Shown: positions 21,465-36,200 of the stretch, in pieces
Layout of the letters: each line of letters begins with the position of its first letter
How positions within the stretch are numbered: the first letter of the stretch is position 1
Origin: Hydrolagus affinis
Taxonomy: Eukaryota
Reading direction: 5' to 3'
Assembly (NCBI GenBank): GCA_012026655.1
Contig: JAAILG010000140.1
Location: forward strand, 1 to 64,000
Length of the DNA stretch: 64,000 nt
Position numbers and translations under genes: made by a program
The notes under the pieces: model-generated
Told to the model about the DNA's origin: nothing
What the model saw: only the letters and a program-made list of their open reading frames with translations
Database searches by the model: none

Positions 21465-24400
21465 GGTCGCAATGTGTTATCAGCATCCTGCACAGTGTAT
21501 TACCTTTCCCTGTATTCCAAAGGGAAAGAATTTGAAGTTGCGCATGAAACACACCCTAAGAAAGGACAGAAATCTTGTTTATGATTTCGAAATGCTTTAA
21601 CGACACGTCAATTTGAATTCCACTTCGTTGAAGTTGGCGCATTTTACTTTGAAGCTAGGAAGTTTCAAGTATTTTGAGATGGCCACATTTTTGACGCGAC
21701 AACATGTAAATTGTTTGATTCTTTTTCATCATTTAATCGTGTTTCCCTGATTGTGGTATTTAACTTTGACTGCAAGAGACAGCACAAAGTCTAGAAAGTA
21801 ACCCTAGAGAAAACCAATGCATACAAATTGGAAGTGAGTAAATAAAATCCCAATGCAATAAACTATCAATTGAAAGAGAAATCATTACTTGAATTGCTTG
21901 GCAAGTTTGTAGTGGTTAAAAAGAACCATAAGAGGATGATTTTGCTTGTGTCATTTTAATGTGTTTGGCAATTTACTTGTTGTACACCAGATCTTGCATT
22001 GACCTTTTGATTGACCTGACTATCAATCATAGTGGAAATAATCACCATCCAGTTCTCTAACAGAAATCTGCCTTATGGTCTGCAAAAACACAATCTAATG
22101 ATGGTCAGTACATTAAGGTGGGTTCATAAATATGAACTGGTAAATGTTTTTCCGATTCGCTTGCTGTTATCCCTCAGAGATCTCAATAGGACTTGCCTCC
22201 AGGTCATCAATACATTCTATGTCACCCCTCTCAATACAACTTCTGAATAATGTGTGGTGATGGCTTCATATTCATATGGCTACTCCCTTCTGCTCACTAA
22301 AGGCAGATACAGTACAGTATACTGATTGGAACACAAGGAGTTAGAGATGGTAAAAGTAAGCAGACTTTTAGATTTCAGAATTGGAAGGGAGACCCTAACG
22401 TACTCCTGCATTATGGCCTTATTGTGTGAATGAACTGGGTGATGTGTTGTTTGGGTATTAGGTGATATGGCATGTGTACTTCTAAATATTTTCCCCCAAA
22501 AAATTTAACCCATCTAATAAAATGTAAGACAGCCCTCCCTTTCACATCTTGGTGATTTAGATTTGCTATATATGCCACATGCATCATTAAATATTCAAAC
22601 ATCAGTCTGAATCTGGAGTACTTTAATAGACGTTTGGTTTAGTGTGAGGAAAGGCTTGCAAACTAAGATGATTTGCATCAATGTGTTGGATCTGTTTGCA
22701 GACCTCATCTGGTAAAACAATTTGTGGGAAATATTTTCTCGTGAGCTAAATTCTTGGACTTTATCTACTAGTCCCTGGTGAATTGCTCTTACAATTACAA
22801 TTGTGTTGCAGCTTTTACCTAATTCTTCTACAAAGCCTTTCATCAATGTTCAGGAAGTTGCTGTATTTTAATAGGGGTTTTCATTCAGTCCTAATCATAG
22901 GGACTACTGAGATGAACTCATAAATAAGATTAGTATTCAAGGTCAGTGTACATAGGATTAGACAACAAGCAGACTCGAATGGTACTACAATATGAAGTAT
23001 TACACCAAGGGCAGATACTTACTGAAGAAACAGGAATCCAATTATGATTTATTATTGTAGGCTACTCTACTCCCACATTGGCAAACTATTTCAAGACGTA
23101 TCCACATGATTTGGTCTCTAATCCCACGACCCTCCCTCCCACCTCAGAATCTGAGTGTGGGAAAAAAATAATGTGCACATTAGTAATACAGTATAGTACT
23201 GTCATTAGGTCATTTACTGTCGAATATTGCTGCATCCATTGGATAATCCAAAATCATTGACAGGAGTAACAGGGAAGAGATATAAAAAAACTGACACCAT
23301 TACTGTATTTATAAATTAAAATAGCTTGTATCTTTAGCCCATATTAATCTTTGAATTAAGTCCATAAATAAAATAAACAGCATATAAATCCCATGGGCAT
23401 TTAAATTTTTTGAAACAAAGTGTGTGCTGCGGTATTACTGAAGGGCATATTGCACTGACTCATTTATAAATAACAGGAATGATCGTTACATTAACACCAG
23501 CTTTGTGAGTGGCTATCCATCATAAAGTAGCACCAAATTCATTTAAGAGTATGACAAATTACACCAGTCCCCCAGGCCTTTCAAAATTCCGGCCAAACAG
23601 CACTGGAAGTTTTAAATGAATCTACTTTATGGTGATTATGTTTTACCTGCTGTGCAATGTATGGACTGTTTAAAGCCTTAACGTGCCATTGTAACTAGCC
23701 TATAATAATAGCCAAGTCAATACTGAAAATGCAGAAGACTTTCAAACGAGTTAATGTAGTACAGTATATAAATTGCCACACATGTTCAACTGGTTCAGTC
23801 ACGGCATTTAAAAAAAAATGAATTAAAAAAAATTCTACTTACACTCGCCTCGATTCACTTTCATTTCTGTTCCCAATGATTTAAAGCCGTGCTGTGTGTG
23901 TGTGTATTTTTCCTTGCAACTTCCCCCCCACGCATTGTCAGTGCCTTGCACAGAATAGTTCTAGTTCTGACTCTAGAGACCAAAACAGTCAGATTTCCCC
24001 TAGAAATGCCACCTTTATAATCCACGGATTTAAATGGATGGAGCCATTTAAACAAAAAAGCCAAAACAGATAAGAAAATGATTGGGAAAGGTACAAATAA
24101 ATAGTTCAAAAGCTGCAAGGGCAGGGACAAGTTTCCGAGGCTGGTTTTGTGGTGTTTAATCTCTCTCTCTCTCTCTCGCTGCGTTGTGAATTTGAGCTGC
24201 ACTTAACCTTACCTTCCAGTGGTATGTAATGAACATGAAAGTAGGTCATTGAGGCTCTCATCAGCTGCCTGCGCCACTCCCCTTCTGACGTGTTGTGATT
24301 AAAGCACTGACTGTCAGAACCTATTCTCTGTGTGTGTGTATGTGTGTTTTTTTTAAAAAAAAACCTATACAGAACCCTGTGTTGTATATTGTATTGCTTT

Positions 24401-24904
24401 CAATATATGTCCAGAACATAGAGCTTTCCTGCATTGCAATTGAGAAACAGTCCATCATTCCCTTGCAATCAAACCCACTGACTAACTTACAGTGATTTAA
24501 GTATTTCCCACCCCACTGAAATCATTGCCTCCGAGAATATCTTCTCTGCTCACCCACCACCCCCTGACAGATGCTGACAGTCTGTCTGGCTGACAGACAT
24601 TTGCTATTGTTGTTCGTTAACTACTAGATGGAGATATATATATATATTTTGCTGAGCGAGATTGTGGGTTTTGTAAGGTACTTGTGGCTCTGATTGAATG
24701 TTTTGTGGAAAGTAATGAGGCAACAGAAATGTCAAGGAAAGAAAATCAAAGACGTATAATGTGGATGAAATTTGTTTGAAAGCCATTCTCTGGGTCAGAG
24801 CTCTGCTTGCACTTACCGAAGAAGTTTCTTTTTTTATAATGGAGATTTATTTAATAGAGATTCTGTCAGAGAGATAGGCTAAGTTTGCTCAAAGTGTTTT
24901 GCTC

Positions 24905-25295
24905 CCTACCTACTGTCTCCCTGTCAGCCCACGCCCTCCATTCAGCAGACTCAGGTCTGCTCCGCGTCCACCGCCCTAACCGCCCAACCATCGGTGCCCG
25001 GGCTTTCAGCCGCTCTGCTCCCACACTGTGGAACTCGATCCCGCAGCCCCTCCACCTCGCTTCCTCCCTCAAGGTCGGTCTTAAGACCTTCCTCTTCGAC
25101 TGTGCCTTCGGTTGCCCCACTAACTCTTCCCCCTCTCTCACTCCTTCACCTTCCCCCTACTTTCAACTCTCCCCTATCCCACCCCCCCACTCCCTCCCCC
25201 CCACCCTCACTCGGGTCCCGAGACTGTTCAGCGCTTTGGGACGTTCTCCCGACGTGAAAGGCGCTATACAAGTGCAATTTTGTTGTTGTTGTTGT
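24905..25295 (+). mobile_element. L2 LINE 3' end
   Basis: [32 protein letters not shown] (L2 ORF2 C-terminus), 3' stem-loop and (TTG)n tail. Confidence 0.9.
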
Positions 25296-25851
25296 TAGTC
25301 CAACAGACAGCCATGATGTGAATGAACCTTTAACTGGAAGGATAGTTAGGAACACTGAAAGAAACCCAAGTAATGACAATGGATCTTTAATTCCAGGGCC
25401 TTGGGACGTCCTCCTGATGTGAAAGGCGCTGTACAAGTGTAATTTTGCTGTTGTTGTTGTTTTAATGCCCATCAGAAGAGCAAGGGGACATGACGTCTTA
25501 ACTAACGGATGGTGCCTCTCATTATGTAGCATGTCTAAGTACTTTACTGGAATGACAATCTAGACAATGACAATATCAAGTTCCAATGTGGGAGTCAAAT
25601 CTTCTAGATTTCTGCCAGGTTTGGGTAGTTTCATGCTGTGCTCACATAGCAAAGGAGATGAGGTTTTTAAAACTCTTGCACTATTACAGCAAAGAACTCA
25701 CTCAAGCAAGTGGAAATGTGAATATACTCATTAATACGATTCCTGCTGAGCTATCAATATTTTCCCAGTATTCCCAGAATAAATAAGCCTATGCAATACA
25801 AGTAGCACCTGTAAGATTTTCATTGATATTGTGCTGTTGGTGCAGACTATG

Positions 25852-26159
25852 TAATAATCCTTGCATTAAGTGCTTTTCATATCTTCTAGACGTCTCAAAG
25901 CGCTTCACAGAATACTGTAAAGTGAACTGGCTGTATATTCTGTGGGTGAAACGTGGCAGCCAATTGCGCACAGCAGTGCCCCACAAACAGCCGTGGATTG
26001 AAGTGACCAATTTATTATTGTTTTTTCACTTGAGGGATTATTATCAGGCCTGTGGAGTAACAAAACTTGCCGAAGGTTTTGCCATGGCCTGCCTGGAATC
26101 GAACCCAAGTCTCTCGCTTGCAAGTCGAGTGCTCTATCCACTGAGCTACAGGACTCCAC
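25852..26159 (-). mobile_element. Full-length tRNA-headed SINE
   Basis: Head GTGGAGTCCTGTAGCTCAGTGG (A box) and GGTTCGATTCC (B box); tail GCAAGGATTATTA. Confidence 0.9.
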
Positions 26160-27769
26160 AAAATAATTTAATGACACTTGATGTAGAACTGTACCCTTTT
26201 GTCGTTGCCTCCAGTGATTATCCACGATTCGCTGTTTCCCCATGTGAATAGGGCTGTATAAATGAAAGCTGATGTTAAGTCAGTTGATCTATTCCTATAT
26301 TGTAATATCTATCTAAATGCCTGAGTCGGAATGTCAGTGCAAGTTTTCATGGGTGCTGCGGTTGCAGAAAAATATTCTTACGAGTGACTTGGTTTTTGTG
26401 TAATTGAATTTCTTTTAATTTTATGTAAAAAATTGGCATAAAATAACTTAATTTGAGATAATAATTGTAACAATCCCTTTAAAATGTGCATTAGAACAAG
26501 TGTCAATATGCATTCAGAGTAAGGAAAAAGTGAGACATTGATGAAATACCACAGGATAATCATTATATTAAAGTAACAGACAACTACTATTTCACGCTGC
26601 CTGGTTCAATAACCATGTTCTGAATAACAAAGTGATAGTTAGCGGAAATGTACAATGGGTGGATATAAATACATGGAGAATATGTAACCTTGAACAGCTG
26701 TCATCCTCTCAAGATACTTTTCTGAACAATAGGGTCAATCTGAAGCTATCACTTTCCTAAAACGCAGCTGTAACTTCTTTAACAAAGTCAATGGCTGTGA
26801 TCTTCATTTTAATAATAACTTCTTATAAACCAACAATCTGCAATGCAGCAATTTTTTCTGGAATATGTCGAAAGATGACAAACCAAGTGTACCTTGGAGC
26901 CAGTCAACAGCAGCTAAACATTTCACAAGTTCGTTATGCTGAGAGCATTTTCCCTGATGGAGAATACTGAAATTCTTTATTGGAAAACTTTATTAGAATG
27001 CAGGCTGAGAGCAACAGAATGTTGTTTTCTGTAAGTCACTTAAAATGAGATCCCATTTACTGTACTATGTCTGGACTGAGCAAGATTAGCACAAGAACAA
27101 TGGAAAAACAACAGGATGACTGTATGTATGTAATCCAGAACTGGTTTTGAAAACAAATTAACATGTGCTCTTCTCTGAAAGACAAAAATCCTAGACAACT
27201 AAAATGCATGACGTACATCCCATCAGATACCCATTCTTTGAATACTATCAATCCTGATTTCATTTCAATAACTAAAAGCAATCTTGAGTATCTTGTACTT
27301 GTACCAAATATTTCATTTATATTCAAAGATGTTCCCAGAACAGCCAGCCTTGAACAGCCAGCCTTCTACTTAGTTAGACAAATGTGGATCAATCAGATTA
27401 TTTCCTCATTTTTCAATGCAATTACATTAACTTTCATCCAGTAGCAAGAGTGTTTATTTTGCTTCTAAATCCACAATATTTCTGGTCTCAGCCTGTGGGG
27501 ATGCATTAAGCAAAGGGCAAGAGTACCTAACATAAGAAACTGGGAGGATTTGAATGCAGATCATCAAGATAACGCTGTACTTGTGACATTAGCAGAGATC
27601 AAGGGTAGTTTGATGGTGCACCAAAATCAGTACATAGGTAATAAAATGGAGAGATTACATGCTCTAAATCATGAACACAACAAGAACAATTTCAGCTCCA
27701 AGCAACACTGGGAGCAAGCATCAGGTTTGAAGCCAATTTATGGAAAATGAATTTGCGGTATATAAACTG

Positions 27770-27775
27770 TTTATT
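27770..27775 (-). terminator. Candidate SH3GL3 polyadenylation signal (3'UTR about 2.2 kb)
   Basis: AATAAA on minus, preceded by UGUA- and U-rich sequence (TTTGTACTGTAAATGTTTTTTTT). Confidence 0.5.
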
Positions 27776-30023
27776 TAGACTAAAAAGGAAATCTGAGTTT
27801 CAAGATACAAATGGAAACAAAATTGCCCAAATTGATCAGTTTCAAATAAAAAAACATTTACAGTACAAAGCAGCAATTTCAATAATTGTCACAGTAAAAA
27901 TAGTTTACAGTAATTAATTGTTGGCCACACAAGAATTGCCGTTGTAGTCATAAGCAAAACAGTTCATCACCTCCACCTAACCTAGCATGTATCCGTATCA
28001 TTGTAAATTCCCACACAATTTGTTGGGAGACCAACTTGCTGTATGCACTCAATTTATTAAAAAAATTTAAGTGTAATTTCTCTTCGAAACCAATCTTCAG
28101 CTGGTATTGTTAACATTTTACGCCAAGCTATTACATTTTGCTCAGTATCTTGTACCAGCGCTCAGTATTCAGTAAAACACTAAAAAGTAAATGATTTTCT
28201 GCTCTTCCATTCAATTAGTCTATCCACCTAAGTAAACCAAACTGAAAGACCAGGAAGATTGTGGTGAACCATATCTCGGACTTCCTGGTATCTGGGCCTG
28301 TGTCCACACAGAGATGCACAAATATCCCCAAATTTCTCAAGTATTGGAGAAAATGTACTTCTTTACTAACACATAGAGTGACCACCAGGGTTAGATGGCT
28401 GGAAAATCCTCTGACACCATTAGTTTTTAACCTTGGAGAGTGACTTTAGCTTGTACGAGTAGTTCAGTGTCCTTTATAAACGACTGTACATCATAAACAT
28501 ACCATAGATCTCCCGCACTTATTCCTGCATTGCATTAAAGTAAAAAATAATCCGCTCAAAGATTCTTCTCCATGAAACATTCTTCAGCTATAAAGGATAA
28601 AGTAAGGAGCGCCATTGCAACTTCCAGGCTAAAACTGCATGCCTCAAAAGGTTTGCTTGATGCATAGAGAAATATTAGCATATTCCCATTTACAACTTGT
28701 CTCAACCAAGAACTGACTTGAAGATCTGAGCAATTAATTATACAGCGAACTTATAACAGAGCTCTAAATCAAACGCCTCACTTTTCAACAGAAGATATCA
28801 TTTCTGTTCAAAAAAAAATAATTCCCATAATTTATTCTGGCCCCCAAATCACACACATCAGCTTTGCACTCCGGGTTCATTTAAAGAATACATTTCGCAA
28901 TGCATGAGACATTATGTATTCTCTAGATGAATACCTCCCCTAAGGAACTGAATAAAAGTAATGAGTAAATCCTTGATTGGAATTTACTTTGACAATAAAA
29001 TGGAAGTTGGCAAAAAATTTACCTTTGACTCAGGCAAATTTACAATAAGATAAGATACAGCCAAAATATCCTTACCTCTGGCTGATTGTATCATACTCTT
29101 CTGCCACCCTAGCTCTGAAGGGGTTGTTTTTTCCTGAGGCCTCTTGGTCAGCTTGGCTCAACCTCAAATGCTCCCTTCGGCTGTAACTATGGAAATATGA
29201 ATTCCTACCAAGACTGGTCTAATTTCTGTGATTCCCTCCCTGGCCGACTGGCAGGTATCCCAGCTCAATATTGTTTGAAGGGAAATTGAGCAGGGAGGTG
29301 GATCGGGCCTTTGCACTCCCTGACACCAAGCACATGTGGTGTAGGAGTAAACATCCTTTTTGTTAACCTTGCAGAAAAAAATATTTAATGCATACCACTT
29401 TTGTGAACTTTAATTTAAAAAATATACTGTACATCCATGTCTCTTCCCCCCACACACATATCACTGCTGCGAAATACAATACATTTCACACAATGATCAT
29501 ATACACAAAAGAAACAGGCCAATTTTGCTACTTACATTACATTTCATTGCAGCACATATATTACAACATCTTGTTGCATAATAATAAGTTACACTGCCAA
29601 TGGAAATGGCTCGAGACCACTTGTCAGAATCTGAAAAAAGTTAATCACAGTTAATAATAATCACAATGATCAAATTGTGTGTTTTGAGAACAGTTTTCAC
29701 TACAGGCAGATAAATGTTTTACCTGCTCTATCACTGCAATAAGTAACTGAGGATGCAGGGGGCAAACAAAAACGTACACTTTACAAATTGTAAACTTTGT
29801 TGTGGAAATAGATTAGGTTCGCATTACTTTTGTAGCCATTGAAGAAAACATTTTCACTACAAATGAAACATGTAAAAAATAAATACACCAATAGAAGACA
29901 TATACAAAAGTCAGTCAAGGGGCAAGGCGTTCACAGAATGCCACTGTAATGAAATGTCTTGTTCAATTGTTTTCAACACAAGTTCATGTCCTGAAATTTG
30001 TGAAACGTGGATCAGCCGTGTTT

Positions 30024-30229
30024 TCACTGTGGCAAAGGCACAATAACTTGAACGTAATTAATAGGAAAGAATCCAGATTCTCCATTTATCATGCCCTCAA
30101 ACCAATTCTCATCGATCTGATTTGTCAGAGTGATGATATCGCCTTCCTTGAATCCAAGCTCTCCCTCATTTTCAGGATCAAAATCATATAGAGCTTTACA
30201 GCCAGGCTGGTCCAAATGTGACGAAGAAG
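30024..30229 (-). CDS. SH3GL3: SH3GL3 exon 9 (SH3 domain)
   Basis: [25 protein letters not shown]...[11 protein letters not shown]. Confidence 0.96.
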
Positions 30230-33200
30230 CTGTGTGTGGTGGGATAAAATTTATTTTTTAATTAAATCAATGTGTGGTTAAAACTGTTTGGAATAAATTG
30301 CTGGCTAGGAGGCTGCCAGCAGACAGGGGAAGAACTCTCAGAGAAAAAACAAACATGGCACATCTATAAACAGCAGACGAGAACAATCATATTTGTATCC
30401 AAATATTCCTACACCATAAATCATAACTGGAAAACATCAAAACCAACATTTTTCTGTTAGCACATTGTTTTTTCCTTGGCATTTCATAGCACTTTCAGAG
30501 TAGATGTCAAGTGACAGACATATCCAGTCAAATCACATAAATGGAAATTAAGCATACAATGCTGGTCAAGTGGTCCAAACTGAGGTACAATGAACAGCAA
30601 AACATTCAAAATGGACTACTAATTATTTTTCAAGGTTATTTACCAATCAAAATTATGAAAAATATTAGCAGACACAGGACTGTGTTTTTTTTTAAAAGAA
30701 GTTCCATGAAATACTACCAGGAAAAGTTAAGTACATATGATTTATACAACAGTATACTTTTGATTTTTTTTTAAAAAAAACTTGGAATCAGACAAGCCTG
30801 AAAACCGCGTTGATAATTTACCAAAATTAACACCCACTTTGGAAAAAAAAAGTGGTTGAAATGTTAATAAATTCCCGGATATTTGATCTACAAACATGCA
30901 TTGAGGAGTTGTCACACACCATGTTTGATAAACTACTCACAAGGGCAACGTGTGTGCTTTGATCTGCGAAGGAACCTGAATGAGGGACGTTTAGCTGAAT
31001 GGTAACAGAAATGGAAACGGTGGGTTAAGCATGCAGAGTTGGGAGTTTTACCAACTCGCGTGTGTGAACTTGCGCAAAAATATGAATGTTAATGGAATTA
31101 AATAATTTTATAATCAGGCTCAAAGCTGGATGTAATTTTGTATTGTTGCAGCTATTAAAATCTTTTCATTTCTGCATATTAACTATATGCCACACTAATT
31201 CACTGAACACCTCTTTCCCTAAAATGCTATTTAAAAATGTACAAAAGCTACAAATCTAACTTTCTGCATAATAAACCTGTAATGTACCACTGGTACAACT
31301 ATTTGTAAAAGTAACATTGGAATTTAAACTTGCGGATTAGTGCTATACTCTTAGTGTGACAGACTGTAAATGGAAATTAGTATCTGTAAGCAAGTAAAAT
31401 TCCTTACCAGATGATTTGAATGAAGCGCTGTATGAAATACCATTGTGCTGTTGGTTATCACTGGGTTCAAAAGACGCAGGCAATACGGGCTTTGGCTTAA
31501 ACTCGCGTTTAGGACGGCTGGATGCTATGCTTATTCTGTGAGAAAGAGACAAGAAATGTTCAGTGAAGACATCTTTTGAAACAAGCACAATATTCAACGC
31601 AATCTTCAGGTGCTTGTTTCAATATTTCCTCAAAATGCAATTTAAACAGAGGGAAAATAATGCGATAGTGTTCATTTTATACGGATTCTAGGTCGGAATT
31701 ATGCAGTTGTTCATTCTGAGTTGCAATTATTCATTATGTTGAAACTGTTACTGCCCAATGCGTTGACCTAACTACCACATTCTGAATTCTGTGGGAGTTG
31801 AACAAGGGATCTAATCTCTCTCCACATTCTGCCCTTGTAAAGGCATGAGAGCTAACAATTACTTGCTTGTAGCAATTTTCAACTAGATTTGTATGGACCC
31901 ATCCCATAGATTACAGTAGATATCAATACAGTTAGTTACACACCACATTGCTCAGTGTTGACCTACTTTGATGTAGTTTTCTTTAGTGTATATTTGTACC
32001 ATGGTGTTGCTTTGGCTTTGAAACATCCTCCAACATGGAAGGTGCTACTGTATATCAACATAAAATTGCTTCTGGTGTTCTGTACTAACTATCTTCTGTG
32101 AGACACCATCATTCAAATGGACATCAGATAATAACAATATTCAGGTTAGTAAATGTGACAAGCCAGTTTACACAGTTGGGAGACACTGAATCATGTGTAG
32201 AATTTTAGATGAAAAGAATCAGACATTTGCACATGTACAGAAAAAACAAGCTGTGATTTAATAAAGAAATGATTCAGTCACAGCTTTACTGGCCACTACA
32301 CTACAACCCTAAGTGAGACTATTTATTTATTTAGGATCCTATTACATTTCCTCCTCAGTCAGAAAGCTTGGTTGTCAGAGCCACTTACTTCTCCATCATT
32401 ACACTTAAAGCTAGTTATATTGGCCAACGCAAGCTGTATGTTCTCCACTGCAGGCCTCATTTACATTTCCTCTTCCTACTCATTCTGAAATGCTTCATGG
32501 TGACGATGATAATAGTGTCTGAATTATCACCCTGACTGGGAATCAAAATTATTTGGTCAGAATGAGAACCCTTTGACTTGATTCTAATATTTGCAATATT
32601 TACATGAGTCCCTGTAGTTTATAAACAAGTTGTGGGTGTGTGTGTGGGTGTGTCTTTTTGTGGAAAAATAATTATTGGAAACATAGTTTGAAAAAAGATT
32701 GAACTCAGGTATCACAAATCTAGACTTGATTCAAATGACAGTGATGGAGAAGTGGACAAAGGGAGGAATGTTGGATAGAAGGGCTGTTTTTTAGATTGAA
32801 GATTAGGGCTGTAATGTTAAAAGGAAACGCTGCATATGGAAAAGAAGCAAATAGAATGAAATAGCAACTCTCAATGTGCAGACCTTATTTCAAATCTCTT
32901 AAATTTGCTTTTCCCCCCTTTATCACAAAGGCAAATATCAGAGTGGTTCTAAACATCTCAAAAACCACTGATATGTCAATCCTTCCTGAGGTGACACAGA
33001 AATTATAGGTGTGAGATTGCCCCAGTTATCATGTGCCTCAACTCATTTCCTTTAGCTAACGGATCGGTTGTATGTAAGGTTCATAATTTCACCTGTGTTG
33101 CAGTGCGCTATGAAGCTCTTCCAGAATTGAAGTGGATTCTTTATGGTAGCTCAGTGCTGCTTCCACTAGAGCTAATAGCTGACTTATTTGTTCTACCTAC

Positions 33201-36200
33201 AGAAAAGAGGAAACTTATTTAGCATGGTATGACTACGGATCTTTAAAGACTATCTAAAACAATTTTGTGACTGTTTGTGCGGGGTAGGGCAACAGAAAAC
33301 AAACACAAACCCCAAATGTTTCAAAAGGGACTCAAGTACTCAAAGCTGTGTTTACAAGATGTACAGGTAGACCCCGCTTACTGAATGCCCAGTTACCAAA
33401 ACTTTACTATAACGGGAGTTTTTATTTGTACCACCTCTCCGCTTAACAAAGGCTAACAAAGGGGGGAAAAGAGAGGGAAGGGAGGGGGGTGGGGGGGAAT
33501 AGAGAGATAGAGAGGAGTGGGAGGTGGGGGGGTAGAGAGAAAGAGGAGAGTGGGGGGAAGAAAGAAGCGCATCACATGTCTGGAATTGCCTGGGCCCAGG
33601 TTGCGATATTTCAGTGCGCTGACTGCGCAGACCTGGCCTGGAGCAGGTAGGATTGGCGTTTTTATTCCTGCAATTTTTGTCACATTCTGGATTCCGTACT
33701 CCAGACTTTTGGCTGCTCAACCTGTACACCGAAAATGTTAGCGCTAGGAACTGCTAGGAACTAAACTGATTTTGGTGGGGAGGCTCCGGTCGGGGCGGTG
33801 TTTTGGCTGCGGCCAATTACAGTAATACAGTTAAACTCTCGCTTAACAAAATTTTCGCTTAACGAAGGGTTTTAAAGCCCCTAACCCCTTTGTTAAGCGG
33901 GGTCTACCTGTATTGTGTTAATCAGGAATTTCTCTTTATTTCACAGTGTTAACTTCCCAACTTTCAGTTATTCCAATTTGAACTGCACTATAACATATAG
34001 CTCAACTGTCGCAGAAACTTTCCTATAATCGAGATATTGTCTTGTTCTATGTAAGCTGCAATTTAAAAACCGTCGTACAAAAGGCTTTTAAAAGATAAAT
34101 CTCCTAAGTGGCCAATGTAATTTGAAAATTATTAGTGTAAATGCTGGATTCATGTCATAGTACTGTACTAATACAAACTTTTAATGAAATTTTTTTCTGT
34201 GAAAAGCACTATATCAAACGGGAGGATTATTATTATTATTCAGGTTATAACAAGTCGTGTTCTATAAAATCATTTTTCTAATAATTTTACTGGTGTTAAC
34301 ATCACAGCAACAAAAATGCAGCAGTAATCCAGTTGAACACTGCGCATACCTTACTTAATTCAATTTTCAACAAAGGATTATTTTGTTCAGATGAACCAAG
34401 CAGTAAACATAATTCGCAGCATTATATGACTCAATGTCACTATGTTTTATTGCTAAAGAATGAAATTATATCTGTTGAAAATATAAATTTAAAAATGGAA
34501 GCTCAATGCTTTGCTCAATGCAACAAATTGTGTGATGGCCTCTGGATGAAATTGTATTTGATCACTATTTGAGGCTCTTTAGTGTCTAGAGGGGGAGAAA
34601 GAGGCCAATGTACAAAATTGTTTAAAATTAATAATATGATTTGTACTTGAGTATGACCTTTACCAGATTTATTGGCAGATTTTATTTTTGCTCAAAGTAA
34701 ACTTAATAGCGTAAATGTTAGGAACTTCCTTTAATATAAATGTTTTGTAAACTTACATCATTTTCCAGAAAGTTGAACATACTGATCTCAGCAAGTTCCT
34801 TGGACTCTTCAAATTTCTCTACAGCTTGTCTTATCTCTTCATCAGCGATCTTACCTTGGCGCTTCTTTTTATAATCATAGTCTAGACGACGACCTTCCAG
34901 CTTTTTTAAATGATGCTGGGAATAAAGAAGAAAAGCTTATAGGTTCTAGTATGTGTGGAGCGAGCTAATCCCATCTGTTATGGTACTAGGAGGTACACAA
35001 TTGGGAGCAAAAAAGAAGGGAAAACTGTCAACTCCCAATCACTACTCTCTCATTTTAGTGCTGGATTGGGCTGAGTTGTTCCTTCCTGCTTCCGGGGTCA
35101 AATGGCATGCAAATAGTCACAGTCAAGTCTCACAATATAGTCTCAGCCAAAGTAACTGTGGAAGCAAAAACAATTCAAATTGCTTCTTAAAAAAAAGTTC
35201 ATCTTAATAAAAACTATTCAAAGTTTGAGAGTTGCCATTCTTACGAGCAAAGGAACAACAATTCATTTGAAATTTGAAGAATTAAAAAAAATTGAACAAA
35301 ATATCTGTTATTTAACATTTAATAATTAACAGTGGGATATGATGTCAAATTTTACCACCCAAGTGCTATGATATTTTACTAACTAAGTCTCACTTGCCTT
35401 TTGGATTTGCTTTTTCTATTAAGATAATAGTAATAATAATAATCCTTGCATTTGATATAGCGCTTTTCACATATTTTAGACGTTTCAAAGCGCTTCACAG
35501 AATATACTGTAAAGTAAATTGACTGTATATATGTGAGCAAAATGCAGCAGCCAATTACGCACTGCAGTGTCCCACGGTTGTCGATTGAAATGACCAAATT
35601 ATTATTGTTTTTTTGGAGGGATTATTATTCGGCATAATAAATATAAGATGTGCTAAAGAAAGTTTATTTGCTTATTTTTTAAAAGGTTCAGGTCATATGA
35701 ATTGCGTTTGTAAAGCAAACATCTTACCCCAATCTCTTTCAAGTCTTTTTCCTGCAAAATTTGTAATGGATCAATAAAGTTCTGTTTCACACCAATATCA
35801 AGGGAATCTTTTACTTCCGCCATTTGTTTCAAAGCTTCACCAACATCCACTAAAGCTGGGCCTACAGCGTTCACATAGAAAAACATGAGGTCAAAGCAAA
35901 AATTGAGAATTTCCAAACTTGAACATGTTATTCTTTGTGCAATTCAGCCTCATTCAGATTCAATTAAATGAGTAACGATTGAACAACAGTTTATCAAGAG
36001 CTCTATACCCCGTGACAAACTGCTGACATGGTCGCCCACTCACCTCCGATTAGGATGAGCGTGCTACCACCTAAAACAGGCTGACGTCTAAATCATTAAC
36101 CTGCGAGAGTTGGGGCACTAAAATTAGCATCAACACCACTGCATTTGGGAGGGTTAGTCAAGGTTCCCCCTACTGGAAGGTGTGAGTGAGTGTGTGGGAT

